DNA of 64,000 nt from NCBI GenBank assembly GCA_020059745.1, contig JAGVBK010000003.1, forward strand, positions 1,123 to 65,122, in the 5' to 3' direction. The translations under genes and the position numbers were made by a program. The notes below the pieces were generated by a model, which had not been told where the DNA came from, did no database searches, and saw nothing but the letters and a program-made list of their open reading frames with translations. The DNA comes from Candidatus Shapirobacteria bacterium. GTDB lineage: Bacteria > Patescibacteriota > Microgenomatia > UM-FILTER-40-11. Below are positions 1 to 9,830 of this stretch, piece after piece (positions within the stretch are counted from its first letter, which is position 1; every line of letters starts with the position of its first letter).

Positions 1-264
1 GAGGTTTGGTTTCCTTCGGAAGGGAAATATCGGGAAACTCACTCAACCAGTAACTGCACTGACTATCAGGCAAGAAGACTCAACATTAAATACCGGAAAA
101 GTGATGGAGGAACTGACTTTATCCATATTTTAAACGGTACGGTTTTTTCAGAAAGACCGATTCTGGCAATTTTAGAAAACTACCAAGAAGAAGATGGCTC
201 TGTCAAAGTGCCGGAAGTTTTAAGAGATTATTTAGATAAAGAAAAAATTTCTCCCAAAAGCTGA
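1..264 (+). CDS. serS: Seryl-tRNA synthetase, C-terminal fragment (5' end lies outside the window)
   Basis: Frame 1 reads [87 protein letters not shown] (TGA stop at 262-264). This matches the conserved class II SerRS C-terminus (motif 3 region, 'ILENYQ..DGS..IPEVL'). It is absent from the ORF track because it has no in-window start. Confidence 0.85.
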   Translation, partial: EVWFPSEGKYRETHSTSNCTDYQARRLNIKYRKSDGGTDFIHILNGTVFSERPILAILENYQEEDGSVKVPEVLRDYLDKEKISPKS

Positions 265-1577
265 TCACTCTCAAAGTCGGTAATCTTAACCGGTAAAATT
301 TGCCCCTTAATCTCCATTGTTCCTTGTTCATGGTTCATTGTTTTAATCTTGATAGGCCAGTTATTTTTAGTTAAACCTTCAAAGCCACCTTTTGTTTTTC
401 TGACAATTAAAGTTTCCTGAATGGTGTTGATAAGATTTTTAGCCTCTTTTTTCTTGTTTTTAGAAACTGCCTCATTAATGCCCTTTGCCCTTTGTTTTTT
501 TATGTCTTCAGAAACTTCCTGCCACTTTTCCTCCTTAATGTTCTGGTAAGCTTTAGTTCCTTTTCTTTTAGAAAAAGTAAATACATGGGCAAAGGAAATG
601 CTTGTTTCTTTTATAAAACTAAGGGTTTTACTAAATTCTTCATTAGTTTCTTCAGGAAAACCGGCAATAAAATCTGCCCTGAAAGTAAAGCTTGGGTCTT
701 TTTTCTTTATTTCTTTTAGAGTTTTTTTAAGCTTATTAAGATTTTTATTCCTTCCCATTCTTTCAAGGACACTTTCCGAGGCGGACTGAATGGAAAGATG
801 AAATGATTTTGTGGTTCGGGGGGAGCCTAAGATTAGAGAGACAAATTCCTTAGTTAAAACCTCCGGGTAAATTGAGGATAATGTAATCCTTTCGACACCG
901 GTTTCATTCAGAATTTTTTTAATCAGTTGCCTTAAATCAGTCTTTTTTTTCAGATCTTTTCCATAAAGACTGATATTTATGCCGGTCAAAATAATTTCTT
1001 TAACCCCTTTGCTTAGCCAGAAATTAATTTCTTTGATAATTTCATCCGGGGGGGTACTTTTTGGTTTTCCCCTTAATAATGAAGTTATGCAGAAAGTGCA
1101 GAAGTTGGCACAACCTTCCTGTATTTTGATAAATTTTCTGCCGGAAAGCACATACTTATTTTCTAAGTCAATTTTGGGATTTTTATTTAGGTAAGAGGAA
1201 TAATTTTCTTCGATTAGAGATATTACTCGGTCTTTATCTTTATTGCTTATAAAAAGATCAGCTTCAGGAAGGGTAATTTTAAATTTTTCCCTTGCCGTAA
1301 CTCCGCAGCCCAGCACAACCAGCAAAGAGCCTGGATAAAGCCTTTTTAGCCTTCTTATCTTTTTTCTTGTTTCCTTTTCAGCTTTTTGGGTTACCACACA
1401 AGTGTTTAAAAGAATGAGATTTGGTACTTCCCCGATCTTGCCCTGCCGTAGCCCGCAGTCTGCAAGCCGCATATTGATAGCTTCTATCTCTGCCTGGTTT
1501 GTCCGGCAGCCCAAAGAATAGGATTTAAAAGTTTTTGGTGATAAAATTGAGTTTGTCATCGAGCCTAATTTTAACAA
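228..1577 (-). CDS. MiaB/RimO-family radical SAM methylthiotransferase (tRNA/ribosomal protein methylthiolation)
   Basis: 449 aa. N-terminal MTTase domain ([14 protein letters not shown]), radical-SAM CxxxCxxC cluster motif (CANFCTFC) and a C-terminal TRAM-like region. Its 3' end overlaps the serS 3' end convergently by ~37 nt. Confidence 0.75.
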   Translation of the reverse strand: MLKLGSMTNSILSPKTFKSYSLGCRTNQAEIEAINMRLADCGLRQGKIGEVPNLILLNTCVVTQKAEKETRKKIRRLKRLYPGSLLVVLGCGVTAREKFKITLPEADLFISNKDKDRVISLIEENYSSYLNKNPKIDLENKYVLSGRKFIKIQEGCANFCTFCITSLLRGKPKSTPPDEIIKEINFWLSKGVKEIILTGINISLYGKDLKKKTDLRQLIKKILNETGVERITLSSIYPEVLTKEFVSLILGSPRTTKSFHLSIQSASESVLERMGRNKNLNKLKKTLKEIKKKDPSFTFRADFIAGFPEETNEEFSKTLSFIKETSISFAHVFTFSKRKGTKAYQNIKEEKWQEVSEDIKKQRAKGINEAVSKNKKKEAKNLINTIQETLIVRKTKGGFEGLTKNNWPIKIKTMNHEQGTMEIKGQILPVKITDFESDQLLGEIFSLSK

Positions 1578-1589
1578 AGAAAGAAAATA

Positions 1590-2246
1590 ATGTCATTTCT
1601 TAAAAAACTTATAAATGGCGGAGAGGTACTCGAAACATTTAATTCCCCGTTTAATGGGAAAATGGATGTTTTTAAGGACTTTTCCGGCCGGGTTTCTTTA
1701 AAATGCGACGGAGTGGTGCAATCAGGCGGTTTGGCTGAGAAACTTTGGCAAAAAGGAGTAAAAGAAATCTCCAAATTTAGAGGAAAAAGAGAGATAAGAG
1801 AATGTCTTATCTTAGGTTTGGGTGCCGGAACTTTAGTGAAACTGCTTTTAAAAGAATTTAAAGACTGTAAAATAACCGCAGTCGAGATTGACCCTTTAGT
1901 GATTAAAGCCGGAGAAAAGTATTTCAATCTCAAAAAAGGCAAGGCTCTTAAGATAATTAATTCCAACGCTTTTGAAGTCTTAGAAAAAGTAAAGGGAAAG
2001 TTTGATTTAATTGTGGTTGACCTATATAAAGGTCAGGAGTTTCCGGCCAAAGCCGAGGGCGAAGCTTTTTTTAAAACGCTTTTAGGTCTACTTGATAACA
2101 AAGGCATTGTTGTTTTTAACCGGCTTAACTATAGCCCTATTCATAAGGCCAAAACTCAGGTTTTTAGGCAAAAAGCGGAAAGAAGTTTTAAAAGGCTAAA
2201 AACAATTTCGGCAGTCACAAATTTGCTTCTTTTAGCTTCAAATTAA
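1590..2246 (+). CDS. Spermidine-synthase-like class I SAM-dependent methyltransferase-fold protein
   Basis: 218 aa. Has a glycine-rich nucleotide-binding stretch (ILGLGAGTLVKLL) and an acidic strand (AVEIDPLVI ... DLIVVDLY) typical of SpeE-fold enzymes. It lacks the N-terminal tetramerisation domain. Confidence 0.4.
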   Translation: MSFLKKLINGGEVLETFNSPFNGKMDVFKDFSGRVSLKCDGVVQSGGLAEKLWQKGVKEISKFRGKREIRECLILGLGAGTLVKLLLKEFKDCKITAVEIDPLVIKAGEKYFNLKKGKALKIINSNAFEVLEKVKGKFDLIVVDLYKGQEFPAKAEGEAFFKTLLGLLDNKGIVVFNRLNYSPIHKAKTQVFRQKAERSFKRLKTISAVTNLLLLASN

Positions 2247-2263
2247 TCCCCAAAAAGGGTATA

Positions 2264-4996
2264 ATGGTGACAATGCTTAATATATTCAAAAAAGTATTTG
2301 ATGTTAACCAAAAAGAGCTTGACAGCCTTCTTCCTTTAGTGGAAAGAATAAACAGCCAGGAAGAAAATCTTAAAGATTTTTCCGATAAAGAACTGGCCGC
2401 AAAAACTCCGGAATTTAAGCTAAGGCTTTCTAAGGGAGAAAGTCTTGACAGTCTTTTACCTGAGGCCATGGCGGTAGTTCGGGAAGCGATTAAAAGAACC
2501 GTTGGCCAAAGGGCATTTGATGTTCAGCTTATGGCAGCCGTTTGCCTTCACCAGGGAAAAATTGCCGAACAAAAAACAGGTGAAGGAAAAACTCAAGCAG
2601 CAGCTTTAGCTGCTTATGTAAATGCTCTTTCTGAAAAAGGTGTTCATGTGGTTACTCCTAACGATTATCTTACCAAGGTCGGTGCCGGTTGGTACGGCAG
2701 AGCGCTTGACATGCTTGGTCTTAAGGTGGCGGCAATTGTTCACGAACAAGCATATCTTTTTGATCCGGACTATAGGGATAAGAGCCAAATCGACGACAGG
2801 TTAGCTCACCTAAAACCGATTGAAAGGAAAGAAGCATATCTTTCTGATGTTACCTATGGAACAAACAACGAATTTGGTTTTGATTATCTTCGTGATAACT
2901 TAGTTTCAGACCTTATTGAAATGGTGCAAAGAGGCCACCATTTTGCCATTGTCGATGAGGTTGATTCAATTTTAATTGACGAGGCCAGAACTCCGCTTAT
3001 TATTTCTGCTCCTGACACTGAACCCACAAAAAAATATTATGAATTTGCCCGGCTTATTAGCGGCCTTTCTTCTGATACTGATTACTCTTCTGACGAAAAG
3101 ACCAAAACCGTCAGCTTGACCGAGCATGGCATTAAAAAAGTGGAGAAAATGCTTGGAGTTGATAATCTTTATGAAAAGGACTTTGACACCATTCACCACA
3201 TTGAAAACGCACTTAAGGCAAAGGTTCATTTTTTAAGAGATAGAGATTATGTTGTCAAAGACAATCAGATTGTGATTGTGGATGAGTTTACCGGCCGGCT
3301 GATGTTTGGAAGGCGTTGGTCTGAGGGCCTTCACCAGGCAATTGAGGCTAAAGAAAATGTTCCCATTCAACAGGAATCAAAAACCCTGGCGACAATTTCT
3401 TTTCAGAATTACTTCAGGATGTATGAGAAGCTTTCCGGTATGACCGGAACCGCGGCTACGGAAGCGGAAGAATTCAAAAAAATCTATAACCTTGATGTGG
3501 TGGTTATCCCCACCAATAAACCGATGGTAAGAAAAGACCACACCGATGTGGTTTATAAAAACCAGCGGGCAAAATACGCGGCTATTGTTAAAGAAATTGA
3601 AGAATGCTACAAAGGGGGTCAGCCTGTTTTAGTGGGTACTACTTCAGTTGCCAAAAACGAAATTATTGACCAGTTTCTAAACCATAAAAAAATACCCCAC
3701 CAGGTTTTAAATGCCAAGCAGCACGAAAAAGAGGCTCAAATCATTGCTAATGCCGGTGCTAAAGGTGCAGTTACCATTGCTACCAACATGGCCGGAAGGG
3801 GAGTTGATATTGTTTTAGGAGGAGCCGCACCTCAGCGGATTGACTTTGAAAACGAAGCCGCTTACAAAAAGGCAGTTTCCGAATGGAACAAAAAACACGA
3901 GGAGGTTATAAGTTTAGGTGGCCTTCATGTTATTGGCACAGAAAGGCACGAATCAAGAAGAATTGATAACCAGCTTAGGGGCCGTTCAGGAAGGCAGGGC
4001 GATCCCGGCTCTTCCCGCTTTTTTGTGGCTTTGGATGATGACCTGATGAGGGTTTTTGGTGGAGAACAAATCTCTTCATTGATGACCCGCTTTAACATGC
4101 CCGAGGATGTTCCCCTTGAGCACTCCATTGTTTCCCGCTCCATTGAGCAGGCCCAGGTCAAAGTTGAAGGCTTTAACTTTGATTTAAGAAAACAAGTGGT
4201 TGAATATGACGATGTCATGAACCGGCAAAGGGAAATTATCTATAAAATGAGAAAAAGAGTTTTGGAAAGAGGAGTCATTGGCAACGGAGAAGAAAGCATT
4301 GACACCCTAAAGGATGATTTGCTTGAAAAAATTGAACGGGAAATCTCAAACCTGGTTTTAATGTATTCCCCTGAAGGCTATTCAGAGCCTGAGTATGAAA
4401 AAATTGTGGTTAGCTTTAATGAAATTATTCCTTTTGACACCAGCTCTCAGGAAAGAATTAAAAGCCAGGTTTCCAAACTTAAGACCCCTGAAGAAGTAAC
4501 TGGGTTTTTATCTAAGCTTGTTAAAGATTTATATGAGCAAAGGGAAAAAACCTATGGTGAGCAAACCAGCCGCGACATTGAAAAATATGTGTATATTTCT
4601 ACCATTGACAAGCTTTGGGTAGATCATCTTACTGCAGTTGATGACTTAAGAAACGGAATCGGGCTTCGCGGTTATGCCCAAAAAGATCCTTTAGTGGAGT
4701 ACAAAAAAGAAGCTTTTGAAATGTTTGAAAGACTGGTTAACCAGATTGACTATGAAGTGGTGAGAAAAATCTTCAGGATTCAGGTAGTTTCTCAGCCACA
4801 GACAATTTCCCTGGAAAACTCAACCGAAAAAAGAGGCAGTGCTCCCCTTCCTAATGGAAAAACGAATTTTTCCGAGGAAGAGGAAAGGCCAAAAACAAGG
4901 CCAATCGTTTCCGGGCAGAAAGTGGGCAGAAATGACCCCTGCCCATGCGGTTCAGGCAAAAAATATAAAAAATGTTGTTACCCTAAATATGGATGA
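2264..4996 (+). CDS. secA: Preprotein translocase ATPase SecA
   Basis: 910 aa. DEAD-motor motifs (GEGKT Walker A, DEVDSILIDEARTPLIIS), conserved SecA scaffold/wing, and a C-terminal zinc-binding tail CPCGSGKKYKKCC. An AAGGG RBS sits 6 nt upstream. Confidence 0.97.
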   Translation: MVTMLNIFKKVFDVNQKELDSLLPLVERINSQEENLKDFSDKELAAKTPEFKLRLSKGESLDSLLPEAMAVVREAIKRTVGQRAFDVQLMAAVCLHQGKIAEQKTGEGKTQAAALAAYVNALSEKGVHVVTPNDYLTKVGAGWYGRALDMLGLKVAAIVHEQAYLFDPDYRDKSQIDDRLAHLKPIERKEAYLSDVTYGTNNEFGFDYLRDNLVSDLIEMVQRGHHFAIVDEVDSILIDEARTPLIISAPDTEPTKKYYEFARLISGLSSDTDYSSDEKTKTVSLTEHGIKKVEKMLGVDNLYEKDFDTIHHIENALKAKVHFLRDRDYVVKDNQIVIVDEFTGRLMFGRRWSEGLHQAIEAKENVPIQQESKTLATISFQNYFRMYEKLSGMTGTAATEAEEFKKIYNLDVVVIPTNKPMVRKDHTDVVYKNQRAKYAAIVKEIEECYKGGQPVLVGTTSVAKNEIIDQFLNHKKIPHQVLNAKQHEKEAQIIANAGAKGAVTIATNMAGRGVDIVLGGAAPQRIDFENEAAYKKAVSEWNKKHEEVISLGGLHVIGTERHESRRIDNQLRGRSGRQGDPGSSRFFVALDDDLMRVFGGEQISSLMTRFNMPEDVPLEHSIVSRSIEQAQVKVEGFNFDLRKQVVEYDDVMNRQREIIYKMRKRVLERGVIGNGEESIDTLKDDLLEKIEREISNLVLMYSPEGYSEPEYEKIVVSFNEIIPFDTSSQERIKSQVSKLKTPEEVTGFLSKLVKDLYEQREKTYGEQTSRDIEKYVYISTIDKLWVDHLTAVDDLRNGIGLRGYAQKDPLVEYKKEAFEMFERLVNQIDYEVVRKIFRIQVVSQPQTISLENSTEKRGSAPLPNGKTNFSEEEERPKTRPIVSGQKVGRNDPCPCGSGKKYKKCCYPKYG

Positions 4997-5139
4997 AAAA
5001 ATGTTTACCCCGTAAATGCGCCCTTGCGACGCAAACACGTAGTATTTGGGAGCAAGTAAGCATTTTCTGGGGTTGCTATCCCAAGTTTGGGTAAACCAAC
5101 CGCTTGACAAGCTTACCTAACTTCTTTTTTAATTAGTGT

Positions 5140-5589
5140 ATGGAAGAAAATCCATTGGCCGATTCTTTTCATGAGGAACCAAGTAAATACAAAAACTTTC
5201 TTTCTCCCCATTTTTTAGCGGCATTTTTGATTTTAACTGTTTGTACTTTATTTTTGGGTTTGTCTGTTGAAGAAGTAAAAGAAAAAAAGACTTTCCAGCC
5301 CAAGGCAAGTGTTAACGAGGAAACTCCCTTTTATGTTTATCTTGAAAGCCCTAAAGAGGATGCAGTAGTTATCGATGACAAAGTTCAGGTAATAGGAAGG
5401 ACACTTCCAGGCACGGTAATTTTTGTTTACACGGAAGACGATGTTTATTCTGCCGAGAGCGATAAAGACGGTAATTTTGCAATGGAGCTTTCGGTAAATG
5501 AGGGCATTAATACCATTACTTTGACTGCTTTTGGCGAGAACGGAGAGGAGCAAAGCATTTACTTTGATGTTGTATATGACAAATCATAA
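5140..5589 (+). CDS. Hypothetical membrane-anchored protein with Ig-like beta-rich C-terminal domain
   Basis: 149 aa with one N-proximal TM helix (FLAAFLILTVCTLFLGL). A TTGACA-N17-TTTTAAT promoter-like motif ends only ~5 nt before the ATG, so it is a leaderless candidate. Confidence 0.45.
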   Translation: MEENPLADSFHEEPSKYKNFLSPHFLAAFLILTVCTLFLGLSVEEVKEKKTFQPKASVNEETPFYVYLESPKEDAVVIDDKVQVIGRTLPGTVIFVYTEDDVYSAESDKDGNFAMELSVNEGINTITLTAFGENGEEQSIYFDVVYDKS

Positions 5590-6379
5590 AGCTCTTAAAA
5601 CAATATTTTTTGTTTTCATTTTAAGCTTTTTTTTAGCCCAGCCTCTTAAGGCCCAGTATTATATTGGTTCTGTTTTGGGAGTAAAATCTGAAAAACCAAA
5701 TTCAGCAAGTGAAAGCAAGAGAATGACAGTTGGGGAAGTTGAAGAAATTAAAGGCAACAAAATATCAGTTGAAGATAAAAAAGAAAAGAAGACAAAGGAA
5801 ATAATTCTTGAGGGAAAAACAAGGATTATTAACCAGAATAACAAAGCCATAAATTTAAACCAAGTAAAACCAAAAGATAAAGTGGCCATTATTGCCACCG
5901 AGGGGCCTTTGGCTACAGATACGGCCGGATTAACCAATAGGTTTAAAGTATATGTTAAGCAGCAAAGAGAAATTAGGGAAACAAGAAGAAGGGCGGTTCA
6001 TGGGGTTATTACTGCTGTCAGCGGAAGCAGTATTACCCTTACCCACCAGACCCAGAGAGACAGAATCTCAAATCTAATAGTAACCGAAAGTACAGAAATA
6101 AAGATAAAAGGAGCAGAAACAGGAACTTTGTCTGATCTGGCCCCGGGGTTAAGGATCGCAGCAGTGGGAGACGCAAATTCAGAAGGAGTCTTAGAAGCAG
6201 TAAGAATTCATGTTATCCCGGGTAAGGCAACGGGAATTTGGGAAAATAGGCCACTTCCTTCTCAATCCCAAGACGGAACAGGTTCAGCCATTATTACTGC
6301 CACAAATTTTCCAACGCCGACACAATCTTTAACGGTAACACCAAGCGCCACTCCCAGTGTTTCTTTTACCTTAGAATAG
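5567..6379 (+). CDS. Hypothetical secreted protein
   Basis: The track ORF starts at 5531 and overlaps the upstream gene. The likely start is an internal Met (MLYMTNHK...) followed by a signal peptide (IFFVFILSFFLAQPLKAQ). It has Lys-rich and repetitive beta-strand-like segments (ITAVSGSSITLTH... TESTEIKIKG). No family was recognised. Confidence 0.4.
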   Translation: MLYMTNHKALKTIFFVFILSFFLAQPLKAQYYIGSVLGVKSEKPNSASESKRMTVGEVEEIKGNKISVEDKKEKKTKEIILEGKTRIINQNNKAINLNQVKPKDKVAIIATEGPLATDTAGLTNRFKVYVKQQREIRETRRRAVHGVITAVSGSSITLTHQTQRDRISNLIVTESTEIKIKGAETGTLSDLAPGLRIAAVGDANSEGVLEAVRIHVIPGKATGIWENRPLPSQSQDGTGSAIITATNFPTPTQSLTVTPSATPSVSFTLE

Positions 6380-6444
6380 CTTTTTAATAATTCGCAATTT
6401 AAACAGGCTAGTTTTCAAAATGAGAAAAGGAGGTGAAGAAAGAG

Positions 6445-7119
6445 ATGAAAAAAAAGAGTTCCACTAATGGAAGTATTGGTTTAGTTACGATGATTCTTGC
6501 TTTAATTGGTGCCATTACTGCCGGTGTAATTTACGGAGTTGGCTATGAGCAAAGAAGATCTGTTACTTCAAGTGCCGCTGGCCACGGAGCTCCAAACGGA
6601 GCCCACTATAACTTAAATATTATTGGTGTTCCTAAAGGAAAAACTGCTGACATGACCAGTGGTCACAGGATTTTTGTTCCTTTAGTAGGGAAATGTTCTG
6701 TTGCTTTGAGCCAAGGAGAATTTTCCGTTTTAGACGGCAATTGCACTGACGGCAAGGGAAGTTTCCAGCTGCCAAATCCTGATCCTGACAATGACGGGGT
6801 AACTACCTATTCAGTTTGGGCTAGAGCTTTAGGTAAACCTGGAGGAAAATCTGAAACAACCACTTGTGCCACCGATGCCACCGGAGTTGAATATTGTTCT
6901 GTTAATACCATGATTCAGATAAGGAACAAGGGAAAGACCTCATTCTCTGATGTTTCCAGACAGCTGCTCTATGTGTATGTCGATCTTAACGGAGACGGAG
7001 TCTTGGAAAGAATTCCTTTGTTTGACGAAAGACTGAAGGATTATTACTGGAGTTACGACAACAACGGTTTAAAAATTGTGCAGTTTAGATTCTACGAAAT
7101 CCCCACTAACGTTAATTAA
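6445..7119 (+). CDS. Hypothetical membrane-anchored extracytoplasmic protein
   Basis: The track ORF starts at a GTG at 6433. The ATG at 6445 is preceded by a strong RBS (AAGGAGGTG). It has an N-terminal TM anchor (IGLVTMILALIGAITAGVIYGV) and a Cys-containing ~190-aa extracellular domain. Confidence 0.45.
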   Translation: MKKKSSTNGSIGLVTMILALIGAITAGVIYGVGYEQRRSVTSSAAGHGAPNGAHYNLNIIGVPKGKTADMTSGHRIFVPLVGKCSVALSQGEFSVLDGNCTDGKGSFQLPNPDPDNDGVTTYSVWARALGKPGGKSETTTCATDATGVEYCSVNTMIQIRNKGKTSFSDVSRQLLYVYVDLNGDGVLERIPLFDERLKDYYWSYDNNGLKIVQFRFYEIPTNVN

Positions 7120-7141
7120 ATTTTGACTTGGAGATTTTACT

Positions 7142-7169
7142 AAGCCCGAACTAAGCGGGCTTAGTTTTT
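7142..7169 (+). terminator. Rho-independent terminator (7-bp GC-rich stem AAGCCCG/CGGGCTT, 7-nt loop, T-run)
   Basis: Sequence aagcccgAACTAAGcgggcttagttttt lies directly after the 6445..7119 gene. Confidence 0.6.
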
Positions 7170-7210
7170 CGTCCTACGAAATTTTTTAAAAAAAGTTAAA
7201 ATAGTTTAAG

Positions 7211-8461
7211 ATGAGAACTTTTCGACACCCCCCTTTTTTATTAAAAAACCACAAGCTTGATCATCGTTCTCTTTATCTTGTTTCTTTAATGCTTTTTTTC
7301 TGGTGTATTTTTGACGGCATTGTTGCCTTCATGTCTCCTTTGGTAATTACCAATGCCGGTTTTAGCAAAGCTGCAATGGGTTTGATTATTTCCTGCTCGT
7401 CTTTAACGGGCGCGGTTTTTGATTTTTTACTCAGTAAGTTTCTAAGAAATGCCCAATTTAGAAGATCTTACCTTTTTATGTTTGCCATAAGCTTTGCAGT
7501 ACCGTTCTTGCTTTGGCAAGCAAATACGCTGTTTGTTTTTCTTGCTGCAATGGCTCTCTGGGGGATTTACTTTGATTTCCAGAATTTTGGTAATTTTGAA
7601 TTTGTAACCATGATGACAAAAGAAGAAGAGCATGCTTCAAGCTTTGGGGCCTTAAGTGTTTTTCGGTCTTGCGGCTATTTAATTGCGCCGATACTCTTAG
7701 GTTTTGTTTTAAGCGGCCTAAGTTTTTTACCTTTTATACTGGCCTGGTTTTTTTTGATAGTTTCTTTTTTTGTTTTTTTGTTTCTTTTAAAGACGGCAGG
7801 TAAGGGGGAAAATAAGGCTGAAAAAAGCATGGTCAAAAAGTCAAGGCTTCTTCCTGAGTTTACTTTGTGGAGAAGGGTGGGTAAACTTTTATTTCCGTTT
7901 CTTTTTTTAATGACAATAATGCATATATATAATGCGGTTTTCTGGACAATTGGCCCGATTTTTTCAGAGTCTTTTCCCGGGCTGGGAAATTTCAGCGGCA
8001 TTTTTCTGGCTGCTTTTTTGTTTAGCCCACTTATCTTTGGCTGGCTAGTCGGGCCAGCTGTGAAAGTTTTGGGAAAAAGAAACTCAGTTATTTTTTGCTT
8101 TTTGGCAGGTTCGCTTCTTCTTTCGCTGTTTTCCCTTTTCAGCAATTTATATTTTTTGATTGCCCTTATTTTTGTCTCTTCCGGCTTGGTCACTATCGCC
8201 TGGTCCTCAATTAATGGCATTTTTTCTGACTATCTTAGCGAGTCTGTTGTTTTGGATGGAGAAATTGAAGGCCTGGCTGATTTTTTTACCAACTTAGGTT
8301 ACATAATTGGTCCGGCATTGGCAGGTTTTTTGGCAGAGAAGGTTGGTTCTGGAAACGCTTTTACCGTTATCGGGCTTTTGGGTTTTTCGGCAACCCTTTT
8401 AGTTTTTCTTTTTCTTCCTAAAAGGATAAGATTTGTTGAGCCGTCGCTTCTGAAAGCTTAA
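7211..8461 (+). CDS. Major facilitator superfamily (MFS) transporter
   Basis: 416 aa with ~12 predicted TM helices in two 6-helix halves and a charged central loop (KTAGKGENKAEKSMVKKSR). Confidence 0.7.
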   Translation: MRTFRHPPFLLKNHKLDHRSLYLVSLMLFFWCIFDGIVAFMSPLVITNAGFSKAAMGLIISCSSLTGAVFDFLLSKFLRNAQFRRSYLFMFAISFAVPFLLWQANTLFVFLAAMALWGIYFDFQNFGNFEFVTMMTKEEEHASSFGALSVFRSCGYLIAPILLGFVLSGLSFLPFILAWFFLIVSFFVFLFLLKTAGKGENKAEKSMVKKSRLLPEFTLWRRVGKLLFPFLFLMTIMHIYNAVFWTIGPIFSESFPGLGNFSGIFLAAFLFSPLIFGWLVGPAVKVLGKRNSVIFCFLAGSLLLSLFSLFSNLYFLIALIFVSSGLVTIAWSSINGIFSDYLSESVVLDGEIEGLADFFTNLGYIIGPALAGFLAEKVGSGNAFTVIGLLGFSATLLVFLFLPKRIRFVEPSLLKA

Positions 8462-8463
8462 GG

Positions 8464-9807
8464 TTAGTTATTTAAAATTTCTCTAACTGCGCTTACAAGC
8501 TCAGGGGAATTAAAATATGCATTAAGATTTCTCTCCCAGTTTTTTTCTTCAATGTTTACTACCGGTTCTACCCCATTTCCTTCAATGGGTTGACCATCTT
8601 CACGAAGAGTCAGGCTGTGGACTAAAAACATAGAATACTTTTCCAAGGGGTCAATTTGCTGGTCAATTGAAAATACTTTTTCCACTGTTCCCCAGCCTTT
8701 TGTTTTTTTTCCAACCAAAACACCGGCATTATATTTTTTAAGGGTAGCAGCCATTACCTCTGCAGAAGACTGGGTGTTTTCATTAATCAAAACCACAACT
8801 TTTTTATAGCGGACAAGCCCGGGCAGCCAGCCGATTTTGGTTTTAAAGTCTTCTTTTTCTCCTTGGTGATAAAACTGGTAAGCATACTGGTCCATGCCGA
8901 TAAAAGGCCCTAAAAAGTAGGGCAGCCCGTCAATGGCACCGCCGACATTGTCACGAAGGTCAACAATAAGGGAATTTAAGGAATCATCTTTGCTGTCAAC
9001 TTTTTCCGTGACTTTTAAAAGTTCCTGTACCGTGGTTGGTGAAAATTTATCGATTTTAATATAGTAAACGCTTGGTTTAACTAGCCTGTGTTCCATAGTG
9101 GGTTCAATTCCGAACTGGTCATAGTTTTTTCTGTTATCTTCATCCGCCAAAGCCTGAAATGCTTTATTAAGTTGCGACAGCCTAAGTTCGGCTTCTGGCG
9201 AGGATTCCTTTTTAATCTCGTTTGATTTTTGCTCGAAAACCTGAGCGATTTCTTTGGCAGAAGCATCTTTGTCAACGCCAAGAACTTCATATTGGTCAAC
9301 TTCAGGGTTCCTGTTTTCAACAGTGTTTTTAAGATTAGTTTCTTCTTTGCGGCTGTAAAGCCTGCTTCGGCCGAAAGGCTGCAGGTTGGCCAAGACAATA
9401 TCGGCAAGGCTGACTGTAAACTGCTTTTTCTTTTCTTCACCCTCAAGGTCTTTAAGGATTTTTGTAAGCATTTTTATAAGACTTTGCTTGTCTTTTGGTT
9501 TTGTTGACTGCGGTTGTCCGGTTAGTTTTTCCGTGCCTAAAACAAAAATATTGGCAAGCTGTTCATCGGTGATGCTGTCCCAATAGTTTTCTTTTATTTT
9601 GTCGTAAACCTCAGAAAGAAAAGCCAGGTGCTTTTCTTTGGGAGAAGAAGGAGCTGTTATTTTTTTAAGGTCAATCTTTTTGTTGCCAATAAGATAGCCT
9701 CCAACCGAGCCGGAAATTACAAGAAGGGGAATTAAGAAAAAAAGAGAAATTTTGATAATGTTTTTAGGAAGAAGGCTTTTTTTGTCGAGAACTACTATTT
9801 CAGGCAT
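8464..9807 (-). CDS. S41-family C-terminal processing peptidase with N-terminal TM anchor and an inserted DnaJ-like (HPD-less) domain
   Basis: 447 aa. S41 catalytic region (TQSSAEVMAATL ... GKKTKGWGTVEKVF, Ser/Lys dyad context). It has an N-terminal TM helix. A segment DQYEVLGVDKDASAKEIAQVF...KNYDQFG resembles a J domain but lacks the HPD tripeptide. Confidence 0.7.
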   Translation of the reverse strand: MPEIVVLDKKSLLPKNIIKISLFFLIPLLVISGSVGGYLIGNKKIDLKKITAPSSPKEKHLAFLSEVYDKIKENYWDSITDEQLANIFVLGTEKLTGQPQSTKPKDKQSLIKMLTKILKDLEGEEKKKQFTVSLADIVLANLQPFGRSRLYSRKEETNLKNTVENRNPEVDQYEVLGVDKDASAKEIAQVFEQKSNEIKKESSPEAELRLSQLNKAFQALADEDNRKNYDQFGIEPTMEHRLVKPSVYYIKIDKFSPTTVQELLKVTEKVDSKDDSLNSLIVDLRDNVGGAIDGLPYFLGPFIGMDQYAYQFYHQGEKEDFKTKIGWLPGLVRYKKVVVLINENTQSSAEVMAATLKKYNAGVLVGKKTKGWGTVEKVFSIDQQIDPLEKYSMFLVHSLTLREDGQPIEGNGVEPVVNIEEKNWERNLNAYFNSPELVSAVREILNN

Positions 9808-9830
9808 AAAAACATTCTAGCAAAAAAACT

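Noticed and set aside
492-1194. Plus-strand ORFs (75, 63, 71 aa) inside the methylthiotransferase gene, and many other antisense ORFs listed in the track (e.g. 7675..8220, 12882..13250, 31135..31539)
   Set aside because: Low-complexity or hydrophobic translations with no motifs, fully embedded in strongly supported genes on the other strand. Typical shadow ORFs of AT-rich DNA.
4997-5040. Small palindrome TTGCG-A-CGCAA after secA as a terminator
   Set aside because: Only a 5-bp stem with a 1-nt loop and no T-run. Too weak to call.
9085-9115. tRNA-like T-arm motif GGGTTCAATTCCGAAC
   Set aside because: It lies inside the well-supported S41 peptidase CDS. The flanks do not form acceptor or anticodon stems. 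Treated as chance similarity.
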